Shown: in pieces, positions 44,664 to 55,292 of the stretch
Layout of the letters: each line of letters starts with the position of its first letter
Numbering within the stretch: the stretch's first letter is position 1
Assembly (NCBI GenBank): GCA_963819955.1
Contig: CAWFYB010000002.1
Location: forward strand, 413,917 to 477,916
Source of the DNA: an uncultured Pseudomonadota bacterium
GTDB taxonomy: Bacteria; Pseudomonadota; Alphaproteobacteria; Rhizobiales; Xanthobacteraceae
Direction: 5' to 3'
DNA: 64,000 bases
Program-made: the position numbers and the translations under genes
The notes under the pieces: model-generated
Databases searched by the model: none
Told to the model about the DNA's origin: nothing
Seen by the model: only the letters and a program-made list of their open reading frames with translations

Positions 44664-45923
44664 ATGCTCAACCTAAAGAAGAACCGTCTATCGCGCCGGC
44701 AGTTCAACGCGCTCGCCGGCGCCGCCGGGGTCACCCTCGGCACCGGCGGGTTTTCCGCCTTCGCGCAGGGCAAGCCGGATTCGGCGGCCATCATCCACGG
44801 CAAAAAGAGCGGCATGATCATTCACAATGCCAAGCTCGCCGTGATGGAGACGCCGCTCACCGAGCTGCGCAAGCACGAAATCACCCCGAAGGATATCCTG
44901 TTCAACCGCTTCCACTATCCGCACGAGGGCGATGCTGCCTGGTACGTGACCACGTCGGCACCGTCGGCTGAGATGGTGAAGAACTGGACCATCCGCTGCG
45001 ACGGCTTGGTGCAGCGTCCGCGCACGGTGACCATCGCCGATCTGCAAAAGCAGCCGCAGGAAAAGCGCGTCGCCGTGCTGCAATGCGCCGGCAACGGCCG
45101 CGCCTACTACGCGGCCAAGCAGAAGGTCGGCGGCGGCCAGTGGCACAATGGCGGCATGGGCTGCGTGGAATGGGAAGGCGTGCCGCTGCGGCCCTTCATC
45201 GAAAGCCTGAAGATGGAAATCGCCCCGCAGGCGCACTGGCTCACCGCGGAAGGCTGGGACCAGCCGGCGACGCCGGTCGGCTCCGACTTCGCCAAGAGCT
45301 ATCACGTGGGCGACAAGGCGCTCGACCATGCCATCCTGGCGCTCAAGATGAACGGCGAGGCGATCCCGGCGCAGAACGGCGGGCCGGTACGGCTGATCGT
45401 CCCCGGCTATTACGGCAACATGAACGTGAAGATGCTCACTGAGCTGCTGTTCATGGCGGAGCAGTCGCCGAGCGTGTTCCAGTCGGTCGGCTATCGCATG
45501 CCCAATTTCCCGGTGGAGCCGGGCAAGTTCGGCGCCAACGACTACAACTGGTACAACAGCCGTCCGACCTACGGTCACGCCATCAAGAGCGTGATCTTCT
45601 CGCCGCTGCCGGAGGACAAGCCGAAGGCCGGCACCGTCACCATCACCGGCGTCGCCTTCAATGACGGCAACGCGGTCATCACCAGCGTCGACGTGTCGGC
45701 CGACGGCGGCAAGAGCTGGCACAAGGCCACCATCAAGGCGCCGCTCAGCCCGTGGGCCTGGTACCACTGGTCGGTGAAAGCCAAGCTCGGCAACGGCAAG
45801 CAGACGCTGATGTGCCGCGCCACCGACGCGCTCGGCCGCACCCAGCCGATAGACGGGCTGACGCGCTGGAACCCGCGCGGCTACGAGTGGAACGGCGTGG
45901 ACCAAGTCGTGCTCGACGTCTAG
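44664..45923 (+). CDS. Tat-exported sulfite-oxidase-family molybdoenzyme (SorA-like)
   Basis: LSRRQF Tat motif, LQCAGNGR Mo-ligand Cys, NGGPVRLIVPGYYG, C-terminal dimerisation domain (WNPRGYEWN). Confidence 0.9.
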   Translation: MLNLKKNRLSRRQFNALAGAAGVTLGTGGFSAFAQGKPDSAAIIHGKKSGMIIHNAKLAVMETPLTELRKHEITPKDILFNRFHYPHEGDAAWYVTTSAPSAEMVKNWTIRCDGLVQRPRTVTIADLQKQPQEKRVAVLQCAGNGRAYYAAKQKVGGGQWHNGGMGCVEWEGVPLRPFIESLKMEIAPQAHWLTAEGWDQPATPVGSDFAKSYHVGDKALDHAILALKMNGEAIPAQNGGPVRLIVPGYYGNMNVKMLTELLFMAEQSPSVFQSVGYRMPNFPVEPGKFGANDYNWYNSRPTYGHAIKSVIFSPLPEDKPKAGTVTITGVAFNDGNAVITSVDVSADGGKSWHKATIKAPLSPWAWYHWSVKAKLGNGKQTLMCRATDALGRTQPIDGLTRWNPRGYEWNGVDQVVLDV

Positions 45924-45991
45924 GCTCGGTCCGTCAAAAGACAGCGGGGGCGCCGGTTGGCGTCCCCGCCCCTTATCGGGAGAGGAACGGG

Positions 45992-46735
45992 ATGATCAGG
46001 ACGTCCCTCATCGCAGGGGCGGTCGGCAGCTTGCTGTTGGCCGCGGGCGCTTTTGCCGCCGACAGCGGGCCGGAACTGCCGCCGGGGCCGAACCGCGCGC
46101 TGGTTTATGGCAATTGCCGCACCTGTCACGATCTGCAGTATCTGGTGGAGTCGGCCGGCGTGCCGCGCTCGACTTGGAACGAACTCATCGACAGCATGAA
46201 GCAGTATGGTTTGCGGATCGCGCCGGAGGACCGAAAAAAGATCCTCGAATATCTCGGCACCTATCTCGGGCCCAATCCGCCGCCGAAGACCGCCGCCGCG
46301 CCGCCTGAGCCGCAAGGGCCGATCGATAGTGCCGAGCTGTTCAGGGACCAATGCAGCGCCTGCCATCAACCCAACGGTCAGGGCGTGCCGGGGCAATTCC
46401 CGCCGCTCGCGCACAATGCCGATCTATTCCTCAGCCACGACTATCCGCTACGCGTGGTGCTCGCCGGCTTGATCGGCAAATTGGTGGTCAACGGTGATCA
46501 TGTCGACGGCCTGATGCCGCCGCTCGACGTGCTGAGCGATCAGGAGATCGCCGCGGTGGTGAATTATGTGCGCGACGCCTTCGGCAACGACGCGCTGCGC
46601 CCGAAGACGATGCCGCCGGTCACGCCGGCGATGGTGGCGGCGCTGCGCAAGCAGAAGCTCACGTCGGAGCAGGTCTTCGCCTACCGCAAGAGCCTGAAAG
46701 CCGGCGGCAACGGCAAGCGCGCCTCGCACGATTAG
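45992..46735 (+). CDS. Di-heme cytochrome c (SorB-like domain plus class I c domain)
   Basis: Signal peptide; LPPGPNRALVYGNCRTCH and CSACHQPNGQGVPGQFPPL. Confidence 0.9.
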   Translation: MIRTSLIAGAVGSLLLAAGAFAADSGPELPPGPNRALVYGNCRTCHDLQYLVESAGVPRSTWNELIDSMKQYGLRIAPEDRKKILEYLGTYLGPNPPPKTAAAPPEPQGPIDSAELFRDQCSACHQPNGQGVPGQFPPLAHNADLFLSHDYPLRVVLAGLIGKLVVNGDHVDGLMPPLDVLSDQEIAAVVNYVRDAFGNDALRPKTMPPVTPAMVAALRKQKLTSEQVFAYRKSLKAGGNGKRASHD

Positions 46736-46842
46736 AGTTGCGCGGCGCGCCCAGGCCGGCTGGCGCCGACCTGGGAGATTGTAAGCGGGCCTGAGCCTTG
46801 AATTGCCGCATCGATGGCGCAGGCGCCGCGGTTTTGTCAGCG

Positions 46843-47532
46843 TCAGAAGCGATAGTTCACGCCCGCGCGCACGATATTGATCTTGGGATCGAAATCGGTC
46901 GCGACGAAGCAGGTTGAGGCTTCACAGGTCGAGGTGCCGAGGTCGGTGTAGAGATATTCGAGCTTGGCCGACCATGCGCCGTTGAAGGCCCATTCGACGC
47001 CGGCGCCGGCGGTCCAGCCGATCGACGAGTGGGTGGTACTGCCGCCGAACGGCCCTTCGAACTTCAGGCCGCCGAAGGCGGCGCCGCCGGTGATGTAGGG
47101 CATGAAGCGGTTCCAGGCGTAGCCGACGCGGCCGCGCGCGGTCCCGAACCAGGTGTTGGTGATCGTGCAGCCGGCGCCGCCGCAGGCCGCGACGGTGTTG
47201 CTGATATTGCCTTTGATAAAGGCGTAGTCGATGTCGCCTTCCAGGCCCCAGACCCAATTGCCGGTCTGTATATTGTAGCCCAGCGTGACGCCCGCCAACC
47301 ACCCATCCTGCGAATTGGTGGTGAAGGTGCCGAAGACGTTCGATATGTCGGCGTCGCCCCAAGCATAGCCGCCGTTGAGGCCGATGTAGAAACCGGACCA
47401 TGTGAACGGGGCTATGTAGGGCTCGACTGGCGCCGATTTGTAGACGGGTCTGGGCAAGTCGGCCGCGAACGATGGCAGCGCCACCGCGGCGGCCAGCAGG
47501 CCCGCGCCCATGGTTAGAATGAAACGCTTCAT
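46843..47532 (-). CDS. Omp25/RopB-family outer membrane protein
   Basis: AADLP, WSGFYIGLNGGY, GTARGRVGYA, C-terminal VNYRF. Confidence 0.92.
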   Translation of the reverse strand: MKRFILTMGAGLLAAAVALPSFAADLPRPVYKSAPVEPYIAPFTWSGFYIGLNGGYAWGDADISNVFGTFTTNSQDGWLAGVTLGYNIQTGNWVWGLEGDIDYAFIKGNISNTVAACGGAGCTITNTWFGTARGRVGYAWNRFMPYITGGAAFGGLKFEGPFGGSTTHSSIGWTAGAGVEWAFNGAWSAKLEYLYTDLGTSTCEASTCFVATDFDPKINIVRAGVNYRF

Positions 47533-47661
47533 CGCGTGTGACCTCCTAGTTTTCGGCCGAAAACAACTCATACTGGCGGGGGACGCTATATCTTGTGGAT
47601 GATTCGAACTGTGGCCTTTACGTCACTAATAAAGTGTTTTTCCAAAGCGAATCAGTTGCTA

Positions 47662-48164
47662 CGGCATCAGGGAAAGGTTGATCCGGCCCGCCTTGTCTTC
47701 ATCGACGAGACCTGGGCCAAGACCAACATGGCCCGCACCCATGGCTGGGGACCACGAGGCCAACGCCTGCGCGGCCAGGCGCCGCACGGCCATTGGCGAA
47801 CGCTCACCTTCCTCGCGGCCTTGCGGCACGACCGGATCGATGCGCCTTGCGTTCTCGACGGGCCGATCAATGGGATCGGCTTCAGGGCTTACGTCGAACA
47901 GTTCCTGGTGCCCACGCTCAAGCCCGGCGACATTGTCATCATGGACAATCTCGGCAGTCATAAAGGCCACGCCGTGCGCCAGGCTATCCGCAAAGCCGGC
48001 GCCAAGCTTATCTTCCTGCCGCCGTATAGCCCTGACCTCAATCCCATCGAGCAGGTCTTCGCCAAGCTCAAAACGCTGCTGCGCAAGGCCGCCGAGCGCA
48101 CTGTCGAAGCAACATGGAAGCGCATCGGCGCCCTGCTCGATCGCTTCACGCCCGCTGAGTGCGC
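47662..48164 (+). mobile_element. Internal IS630 transposase fragment lacking both element ends
   Basis: LVFIDETWAKTNM, IMDNLGSHK, PPYSPDLNPIE; identical to 1-219 over its last 219 bp. Confidence 0.9.
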
Positions 48165-48184
48165 TAGGCGGTAGAAATTCGCTA

Positions 48185-48199
48185 GAACAAACATAGAAC
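48185..48199. promoter_or_regulatory. LexA (SOS) box upstream of ssb
   Basis: GAAC-AAACATA-GAAC. Confidence 0.85.
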
Positions 48200-48446
48200 G
48201 ATCTTGCGGTATCCCGGTAGGACATCCGCTAGACGCAGCGCCAACCGCGCGTTGCAAGAAGCGTTGTGGATGGAAGGCCGATCGCGCTTGCCGCCCCTCG
48301 GCCGAGGTCTAGGGTGAGCAGTCAGTCAAAGGGCAAAGCCTGCGGCAGGCTTACGCCCGTAAACGGCGACTTGGGTTATTGACTTGGGTTATCGACTTGG
48401 GCTTCACCCGAAGCCTGCCCAGGCAAGTCGCCACGCGGAGAGCATC

Positions 48447-48929
48447 ATGGCGGGTAGCGTCAACAAGGTCATTCTCATCGGCAATCTCGGCGCCGATCCC
48501 GAAATTCGCCGCACCCAGGACGGGCGGCCGATCGCCAATTTGCGCGTCGCCACCTCGGAGACCTGGCGCGACAAGACCACCGGCGAGCGCCGGGAAAAGA
48601 CCGAATGGCACCGGGTGGTGATCTTCAACGAGGGCCTTTGCAAGATCGTCGAGCAATACCTCAAGAAGGGCTCGAAGGTTTATCTGGAAGGCGCTCTGCA
48701 GACACGCAAATGGCAGGACAAGGACGGTAACGATCGCTACTCCACCGAGGTCGTGCTACAGGGCTTCAACTCGCAGCTGACCATGCTCGACCGGGCGGGC
48801 GGCGGCGGCGCGGGCGCCGGCGACGATTTCGGCGCCAGCGGGCCGGGCGTCGCGCGCGAGCGCAAGCCGGCCATGGCGGGCGCCGACGCCGGCAAGCGCG
48901 ACGACATGGACGACGAGATTCCGTTCTGA
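48447..48929 (+). CDS. ssb: Single-stranded DNA-binding protein
   Basis: [20 protein letters not shown]-terminal DDEIPF. Confidence 0.98.
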   Translation: MAGSVNKVILIGNLGADPEIRRTQDGRPIANLRVATSETWRDKTTGERREKTEWHRVVIFNEGLCKIVEQYLKKGSKVYLEGALQTRKWQDKDGNDRYSTEVVLQGFNSQLTMLDRAGGGGAGAGDDFGASGPGVARERKPAMAGADAGKRDDMDDEIPF

Positions 48930-48982
48930 GGCTGGGAGCAAGCCGCACGTAGTCAGCCGCGCGCATTTAGGACGATCGAGCC

Positions 48983-49381
48983 ATGACGCTCGCGCCGCTG
49001 TTACGCGCCGATCCGGTCATCCAGTTGCACGCCTTCGCCGCGATGGCGGCCTTCGTGCTCGGCGCAGTGCAACTGGCCGCGCCGAAGGGCACGCTGCGCC
49101 ACCGCACCATGGGCTGGCTGTGGGTGCTGCTGCTGGCGACCATCGCCGTGAGCTCGTTCTGGATTCACAAGATCCGCCTGATCGGGCCGTTCAGCCCGAT
49201 CCATCTGCTGTCGATCTTCACGCTGGTCATGCTGCCGCTCGCCGTGCTGGCGGCGCGCCGCCATCGCGTCACCGAGCACCGCCGGGCGATGATTGCGATC
49301 TTCTTCGGCGCGCTGGTGATCGCCGGCGCTTTCACGCTGGTGCCGGGCCGCATCATGCATGCGGTCGTGTTCGGCGGCTGA
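48983..49381 (+). CDS. DUF2306 membrane protein
   Basis: KGTLRHRTMGWLWV, FSPIHLLS, FTLVPGRIMH. Confidence 0.85.
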   Translation: MTLAPLLRADPVIQLHAFAAMAAFVLGAVQLAAPKGTLRHRTMGWLWVLLLATIAVSSFWIHKIRLIGPFSPIHLLSIFTLVMLPLAVLAARRHRVTEHRRAMIAIFFGALVIAGAFTLVPGRIMHAVVFGG

Positions 49382-49400
49382 GCGCGGCGCGGCGGAACCC

Positions 49401-50033
49401 TCAGCCGAGCGCGGCGCGCACGCCGTCGATGACGAATTGCACCGCCAGCGCCGCCAGCAGCACGCCGAGCAGACGCGAGGCCACCACATTGCCGGTGGTG
49501 CCCATCAGCCGCGCGATCTGGGACGCAAGCGCGAACACCGCCAGGCAGATCGCCATCACCACGACGATGACGCCGAGCAGCGCGGCAAGCCGCGCCGCCT
49601 GGCCGTCGGTGCGGCCGGCCAGCAGCACGGTCGCCGTGATGGCGGCGGGCCCCGCCATCAGCGGCACGGCAAGCGGGAAGGCGGCGATGTTGCGCACGTG
49701 CTCGTCGAGGGCTTCCTCGGCCTGCTGCGACTGGCGGGTGATGCGCACGCCGAACACCATTTCGGAGGCGATCGAGAACAGCAAAAGGCCGCCGGCGATG
49801 CGAAAGGCAGGGAGCGTGATCGACAGCGTGCGCAGCAGCCAGTCGCCGATAAGCGCGGAGCCAGCAAGGACGAGGGCGGCGATCAGGCAGGCGCGCAGCG
49901 CCACCGCCCGGCGCGCGCGATTCGGCAGGTCGTGGGTGACGGCGATGAAGGCCGGCACCAGGCCGAGCGGATCGACCACGACCAGCAGCGTGACGAAAGC
50001 GGAGATGAGGAATTCGGCCGGCATGGCGGGCAC
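49401..50033 (-). CDS. MarC family protein
   Basis: LLVVVDPLG, AFRIAGGLLLF, FPLAVPLMAGP, RLLGVLLAALAVQF. Confidence 0.93.
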   Translation of the reverse strand: MPAMPAEFLISAFVTLLVVVDPLGLVPAFIAVTHDLPNRARRAVALRACLIAALVLAGSALIGDWLLRTLSITLPAFRIAGGLLLFSIASEMVFGVRITRQSQQAEEALDEHVRNIAAFPLAVPLMAGPAAITATVLLAGRTDGQAARLAALLGVIVVVMAICLAVFALASQIARLMGTTGNVVASRLLGVLLAALAVQFVIDGVRAALG

Positions 50034-50225
50034 TATGCTAGCGCAAAATGGCGCGCGAAACGGCGCGGCGACTTCGTCTGGGAGGTATCCCTAGAAGGGT
50101 CCCATTGGGGGCCGTAAAGCATTGAATATCCACGACAAAATACCCCTTGCGTGACGCGGTTTCGAGTAGCAAATCAAAGATAAATCGGCTAGAGCAAATC
50201 ACAACGCCATCCACGGGAAGTCATC

Positions 50226-52928
50226 TTGTCCGACACTGAAAATCCGAAATCGGGGGACGGCAGTCCCTCCGACGTGCGCCCGATCTCGATCACCGAGGAA
50301 ATGAAGCGCAGCTACCTCGATTACGCCATGAGCGTGATCGTGTCGCGCGCGTTGCCCGATGCGCGCGACGGCCTGAAGCCGGTGCACCGCCGCATCCTCT
50401 ACGCGATGAACGAGCAGGGCCACACGCCCGACAAGAAATACGTCAAATCGGCGCGCGTGGTCGGCGACGTGATGGGCAAATATCACCCGCACGGCGACCA
50501 GGCGATCTACGACGCGCTGGTGCGCATGGCGCAAGATTTCTCCATGCGCCTGATGCTGATCGACGGGCAGGGCAATTTCGGCTCGGTCGACGGCGATCCG
50601 CCGGCGGCCATGCGCTACACCGAATGCCGCCTGGCCAAGCCCGCCATGGCGCTGCTCGACGATATCGACCAGGACACGGTCAATTTCGAGCCGAACTACG
50701 ATGGCAACGAGCGCGAGCCGGTGGTGCTGCCGGCGCGTTTTCCCAATCTCCTGGTCAACGGCGCCGGCGGCATCGCGGTCGGCATGGCGACCAATATCCC
50801 GCCGCACAATCTCGGCGAAGTGATCGACGCCAGCGTGGCCTTGATCGACGATCCGGCGCTCGACGTCGACGACTTGATCAAGATCGTGCCCGGCCCCGAC
50901 TTCCCGACCGGCGGCATCATTCTCGGTCGCGCCGGCATCCGCAGCGCCTATACGTCCGGGCGCGGCTCGGTCGTGATGCGCGGCAAGGTCGGTTTCGAGA
51001 CCATCCGCAAGGAGCGCGAGGCGATTATCATCACCGAGATTCCCTATCAGGTGAACAAGGCCTCGATGGTCGAGCGCATCGCCGAACTGGTGCGCGAGAA
51101 GAAGATCGACGGCGTCGCCGACCTGCGCGACGAGTCGGACCGCGACGGCTACCGCGTGGTGATCGAGCTCAAGCGCGACGCCGAGCGCGACGTGGTGCTG
51201 AACCAGCTCTACCGCTTCACGCCGCTGCAATCCTCTTTCGGCGCCAACATGGTGGCGCTCGACGGCGGCCGCCCGCTGCTGATGACGCTGAAGGACATGC
51301 TGTCGGCCTTCATCGGCTTCCGCGAGGAGGTGGTGTCGCGGCGCACCAAGTTCCTGCTCGGCAAGGCGCGCGACCGCGCCCATGTGCTGGTCGGCCTGGC
51401 GATCGCGGTGGCCAATATCGACGAGGTGATCGCCCTGATCCGCGGCTCGCGCGACGCCAATGCCGCGCGCGAAGCGCTGATGGCGCGCGACTGGCCGGCC
51501 AAGGACATGGCCGCCATGGTGACGCTGATCGACGATCCGCGCCACAAGGTGTCGGACAAGGGCACCACCAAATTGTCGGTCGAGCAGGCGCGGGCGATCC
51601 TCGATCTGCGGCTGCAGCGGCTGACCGCGCTCGGGCGCGACGAGATCAAGGAAGAGCTCGACAAGCTGGCGGCGGAGATTTCCGACTATCTCGACATCCT
51701 GCGCTCGCGCGCGCGCATCCAGGCCATCATCAAGACCGAACTGACCGCGGTGAAGAACGAGTTCGCGACGCCGCGCCGCACCGAGATCACCGAGGAAGAG
51801 GGCCTGGTCGAGGAAGAGGACCTGATCCAGCGCGAGGACATGGTCGTCACCGTCTCGCATCTCGGCTACATCAAGCGCGTGCCGCTCTCGACCTATCGGT
51901 CGCAGCGGCGCGGCGGCAAGGGCCGCGGCGGCATGCAGGTGCGCGAGGAGGATTTCGTCTCGCGGCTGTTCGTGGCCTCCACCCACACGCCGGTGCTGTT
52001 CTTCTCCTCGCAGGGCCAAGTCTACAAAGAGAAGGTCTGGCGGCTGCCGCTGGCCGCGCCGCAAGCGCGCGGCAAGGCGCTGATCAATATCCTGCCGCTC
52101 GATGCCGGCGAGTGGATCACCTCGATCATGCCGCTGCCCGAGGACGAGAAGACCTGGGGCCAGCTCGACGTGATGTTCGCCACCACCAAGGGCAATGTCC
52201 GCCGCAACAAGCTGTCGGATTTCGAGCGTATCAGGCCGTCCGGCATCATCGCCATGAAGCTGGGCGCGGGCGACGCCATCGTCGACGTGCAGATATGCAC
52301 GGAGAAGGACGACGTGCTGCTCACCAGTGCCGCCGGCCAGTGCATCCGCTTTCCGGTGCCGGAGGTGCGCGTGTTCGCCGGCCGCACCTCGGACGGCGTG
52401 CGCGGCATCGCGCTGGGTAAGGACGACAAGGTGATCTCCATGTCGATCCTCACCCATATCGAGGCTTCCTCGGAAGAGCGCGTGGCTTACTTGAAGCGCG
52501 CGAGCGCCGTGCGGCGCGGCACCGCCGAGGAGGAGGCGCCGGCGGAGGCGGAGGAAAGCGCCGAGCAGATCGAGCTGGGCGAGCAGCGCTACGTCGAATT
52601 GTCGGCGGCCGAGCAATTCGTACTGACGGCGTCGGAGCGCGGCTTCGGCAAGCGCTCATCTTCATTTGAGTACCGCACCACCGGGCGCGGCGGCAAAGGC
52701 ATCGTGGCCATGAACGTGACGGCCAAGACAGGCCGGCTAGTGGCCTCGTTCCCGGTGGAGGAAGCCGACCAGGTCATGCTGGTGACCGACCAGGGCAAGC
52801 TGATCCGCACCGGCGTTTCCGGCATCCGCATCGCCGGGCGCTCGACGCAAGGCGTGATCGTGCTCGACACGGCCGAGGACGAGCGCGTGATGTCGGTCGA
52901 GCGGCTGAGCGAGGAAGACGAGGATTAG
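50226..52928 (+). CDS. gyrA: DNA gyrase subunit A
   Basis: [15 protein letters not shown], GyrA-box QRRGGKG. Confidence 0.98.
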   Translation: MSDTENPKSGDGSPSDVRPISITEEMKRSYLDYAMSVIVSRALPDARDGLKPVHRRILYAMNEQGHTPDKKYVKSARVVGDVMGKYHPHGDQAIYDALVRMAQDFSMRLMLIDGQGNFGSVDGDPPAAMRYTECRLAKPAMALLDDIDQDTVNFEPNYDGNEREPVVLPARFPNLLVNGAGGIAVGMATNIPPHNLGEVIDASVALIDDPALDVDDLIKIVPGPDFPTGGIILGRAGIRSAYTSGRGSVVMRGKVGFETIRKEREAIIITEIPYQVNKASMVERIAELVREKKIDGVADLRDESDRDGYRVVIELKRDAERDVVLNQLYRFTPLQSSFGANMVALDGGRPLLMTLKDMLSAFIGFREEVVSRRTKFLLGKARDRAHVLVGLAIAVANIDEVIALIRGSRDANAAREALMARDWPAKDMAAMVTLIDDPRHKVSDKGTTKLSVEQARAILDLRLQRLTALGRDEIKEELDKLAAEISDYLDILRSRARIQAIIKTELTAVKNEFATPRRTEITEEEGLVEEEDLIQREDMVVTVSHLGYIKRVPLSTYRSQRRGGKGRGGMQVREEDFVSRLFVASTHTPVLFFSSQGQVYKEKVWRLPLAAPQARGKALINILPLDAGEWITSIMPLPEDEKTWGQLDVMFATTKGNVRRNKLSDFERIRPSGIIAMKLGAGDAIVDVQICTEKDDVLLTSAAGQCIRFPVPEVRVFAGRTSDGVRGIALGKDDKVISMSILTHIEASSEERVAYLKRASAVRRGTAEEEAPAEAEESAEQIELGEQRYVELSAAEQFVLTASERGFGKRSSSFEYRTTGRGGKGIVAMNVTAKTGRLVASFPVEEADQVMLVTDQGKLIRTGVSGIRIAGRSTQGVIVLDTAEDERVMSVERLSEEDED

Positions 52929-52974
52929 CTTTTTCCCGCTCCCCGCAGGCGGAAAGCGGTAACGAAAGCGTTTC

Positions 52975-53112
52975 ATGAACTGGCATCTGTTCTACGCCTT
53001 TCTGCTGATCACCGGCGTGCTGGTGATCGTGCCGGGGCCGATCGTCACTTTGGTGATCGCGACCGCGGCGACGCGCGGCAGCCGGCTGTCGCTGACGCGG
53101 GTGCGCGCCTAG
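52975..53112 (+). pseudogene. LysE/RhtB translocator N-terminal remnant
   Basis: MNWHLFYAFLLITGVLVIVPGPIVTLVIATAATRG, then stop after 45 aa. Confidence 0.7.
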
Positions 53113-53330
53113 TCGGTGAGCCGCTCGACCGTGACCAGGCGAACCTTGGGATTGCCGAACGGCGTGCCGACGCAGCGCAAATAGGGCCAGGGACGCGCAG
53201 CGCAGGACCGCATGGGCGCGGCCATGGCTTTCGCCAGCGGACCGGCGGTGACCGGGCTTGCAGGCGCGGTGAGGATGGCGATGGCGGCGGCGACTGCGGC
53301 GGCGAGCATGACGGCGCTGGTGGATTTCAT
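53109..53330 (-). CDS. Small secreted hypothetical protein
   Basis: Signal-like N-terminus; CAARPWPYLRC motif. Confidence 0.65.
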   Translation of the reverse strand: MKSTSAVMLAAAVAAAIAILTAPASPVTAGPLAKAMAAPMRSCAARPWPYLRCVGTPFGNPKVRLVTVERLTD

Positions 53331-53434
53331 GGACTGCCCCCTGTTTTTGGCTTTCCGGAGCTTAGTCAGGGGCGCGGGGATAAAGGTTCAGGCCGGTATT
53401 GCCGGGGCTGCGGAGGCACGGTAGACCCCCGGCC

Positions 53435-53938
53435 ATGCCGCGGACCGCCCTTTATGCCGGGTCCTTCGACCCGGTTACCAACGGCCATCTCGACGTGGTG
53501 CGCCACGCCGTGCGGCTGGCCGACAGACTGGTCATCGCCATCGGCGTGCACCCCGGCAAGGCGCCGATGTTTTCGCATGAGGAGCGGCTGGCCATGCTGC
53601 TCGAAACCTGCGGGCCAATTGCCCGTGACGCCAATTGCGATTTCGACTGCATCACGTTTTCCGGTCTGGTGGTGCAGGCGGCGCGCGAGAGCGGCGCGAC
53701 GCTTTTGATCCGCGGCCTGCGTGACGCCAGCGATTTCGACTACGAGATGCAGATGGCCGGCATGAACAAGACCATGGCGCCGGAAGTGCAGACCGTGTTC
53801 CTGCCGGCCTCGCCCATGGTGCGCCCGATCACCGCCACATTGGTGCGCCAGATCGCCGGCATGGGCGGCGACGTTTCCGCCTTCGTGCCGGCCGCGGTCG
53901 CCGCCCGCCTGAAGAAGAAGTTTGCGCACGGCGGCTGA
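53435..53938 (+). CDS. coaD: Pantetheine-phosphate adenylyltransferase
   Basis: [27 protein letters not shown]. Confidence 0.97.
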   Translation: MPRTALYAGSFDPVTNGHLDVVRHAVRLADRLVIAIGVHPGKAPMFSHEERLAMLLETCGPIARDANCDFDCITFSGLVVQAARESGATLLIRGLRDASDFDYEMQMAGMNKTMAPEVQTVFLPASPMVRPITATLVRQIAGMGGDVSAFVPAAVAARLKKKFAHGG

Positions 53939-53964
53939 TTGAATCCCATCGCCAAGGAGTGACA

Positions 53965-54615
53965 ATGACCACCCGCCGTTCGATGTTGCAGCTTGCGCCT
54001 GCGCTCATCTTGGCCGCGCTCTTGGCGCCCGCCTTTGCGCAGACGCCCGATCTTTCCAATCCGGCCGCGCTGGTGGAGAAGGCGCCGGCGACCTACAAGG
54101 TGCGCTTCGACACCAGCAAGGGTCCCTTCGTCATCCAGGTGCACCGGGCCTGGGCGCCCAACGGCGCCGACCGCTTCTACAATCTGGTCAAGCACGGCTT
54201 CTACGATAACGACCGCTTCTTCCGCGTCATCTCCGGCTTCATGGTGCAGTTCGGCATCAACGGCGATCCGCGCGTCTCGGCGCATTGGCGCGACGCCAAT
54301 ATCCAGGACGATCCGGTCAAGCAGAGCAACAAGCGCGGCATGATCACCTTTGCCACCGCCGGACCGAACACGCGCACCACGCAGGTGTTCATCAACTTCG
54401 CCGACAATTCCGGGCTCGACGGCCAGGGCTTCGCGCCGTTCGGGCAGGTGGTGTCGGGCATGAACGTGGTCGACGGCCTCAACGCCGAATACGGCGAGGG
54501 CGCGCCGCGCGGCAACGGGCCCGAGCAGGGCCGCCTGCAGATGCAAGGCAACGCCTATCTGATGAAGAGTTTTCCGCGCATGGATTACGTGAAGAAGGCA
54601 ACGATCGTCCGCTGA
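53965..54615 (+). CDS. Periplasmic cyclophilin-type peptidyl-prolyl isomerase
   Basis: Signal peptide; FFRVISGFMVQFG, RTTQVFIN. Confidence 0.92.
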   Translation: MTTRRSMLQLAPALILAALLAPAFAQTPDLSNPAALVEKAPATYKVRFDTSKGPFVIQVHRAWAPNGADRFYNLVKHGFYDNDRFFRVISGFMVQFGINGDPRVSAHWRDANIQDDPVKQSNKRGMITFATAGPNTRTTQVFINFADNSGLDGQGFAPFGQVVSGMNVVDGLNAEYGEGAPRGNGPEQGRLQMQGNAYLMKSFPRMDYVKKATIVR

Positions 54616-54642
54616 ATGCGGCACGGGAAGAAAGGAGACAGC

Positions 54643-55098
54643 ATGGCCAAGCCTGAAGATACGCTCACGCTCGAGACCACCAAGGGCAAGGTGGTGATCG
54701 AGATGCGGCCCGACCTCGCGCCCGGACACGTCGCGCGCATCAAGGAGCTGGTGAAGCAGGGCTTCTACGACGGCATCGTGTTCCACCGGGTGATCGACGG
54801 CTTCATGGCGCAGACCGGCTGCCCGCAGGGCACCGGCACCGGCGGCTCCGGGCAGAATCTGAAGGCCGAGTTCAACAAGGAGCCGCATGTGCGCGGCACG
54901 GTGTCGATGGCGCGGGCGGCCAACCCTGACTCGGGCGACAGCCAGTTCTTCATCTGCTTTGCCGACGCCCGCTTCCTCGATAGCCAGTACACGGCCTGGG
55001 GCAAGGTGATCGAGGGGATGGAGAACGTCGATAAGATCAAGCGCGGCGAGCCGGTGCGCGACCCCGACAAGATCGTCAAGGCGACGATGGGGGCGTAA
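54643..55098 (+). CDS. Cytoplasmic cyclophilin-type peptidyl-prolyl isomerase
   Basis: FHRVIDGFMAQTG, SMARAANPDSGDSQFFI. Confidence 0.95.
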   Translation: MAKPEDTLTLETTKGKVVIEMRPDLAPGHVARIKELVKQGFYDGIVFHRVIDGFMAQTGCPQGTGTGGSGQNLKAEFNKEPHVRGTVSMARAANPDSGDSQFFICFADARFLDSQYTAWGKVIEGMENVDKIKRGEPVRDPDKIVKATMGA

Positions 55099-55100
55099 TT

Positions 55101-55283
55101 CCTTCTCCCCGCTCGCGGGGAGAAGGTGGCGAGCCAACGGGTCGGCGCGAAGCGCCGCCCGATGATAAACTCCGCGAGCCGGATGAGGGGGCCTCTCGTC
55201 GGAATGCCAACCTCACTAGCCCCTCACCCGACGTCCTCGCTGGCGCTCGGACGTCGACCTCTCCCCGCAAGCGGGGAGAGGTA
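55101..55283. repeat. Intergenic palindrome, family C
   Basis: CCTTCTCCCCGC..GCGGGGAGAAGG and GACCTCTCCCCGC..GCGGGGAGAGGT hairpins. Confidence 0.85.
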
Positions 55284-55292
55284 AAGTAAGCC

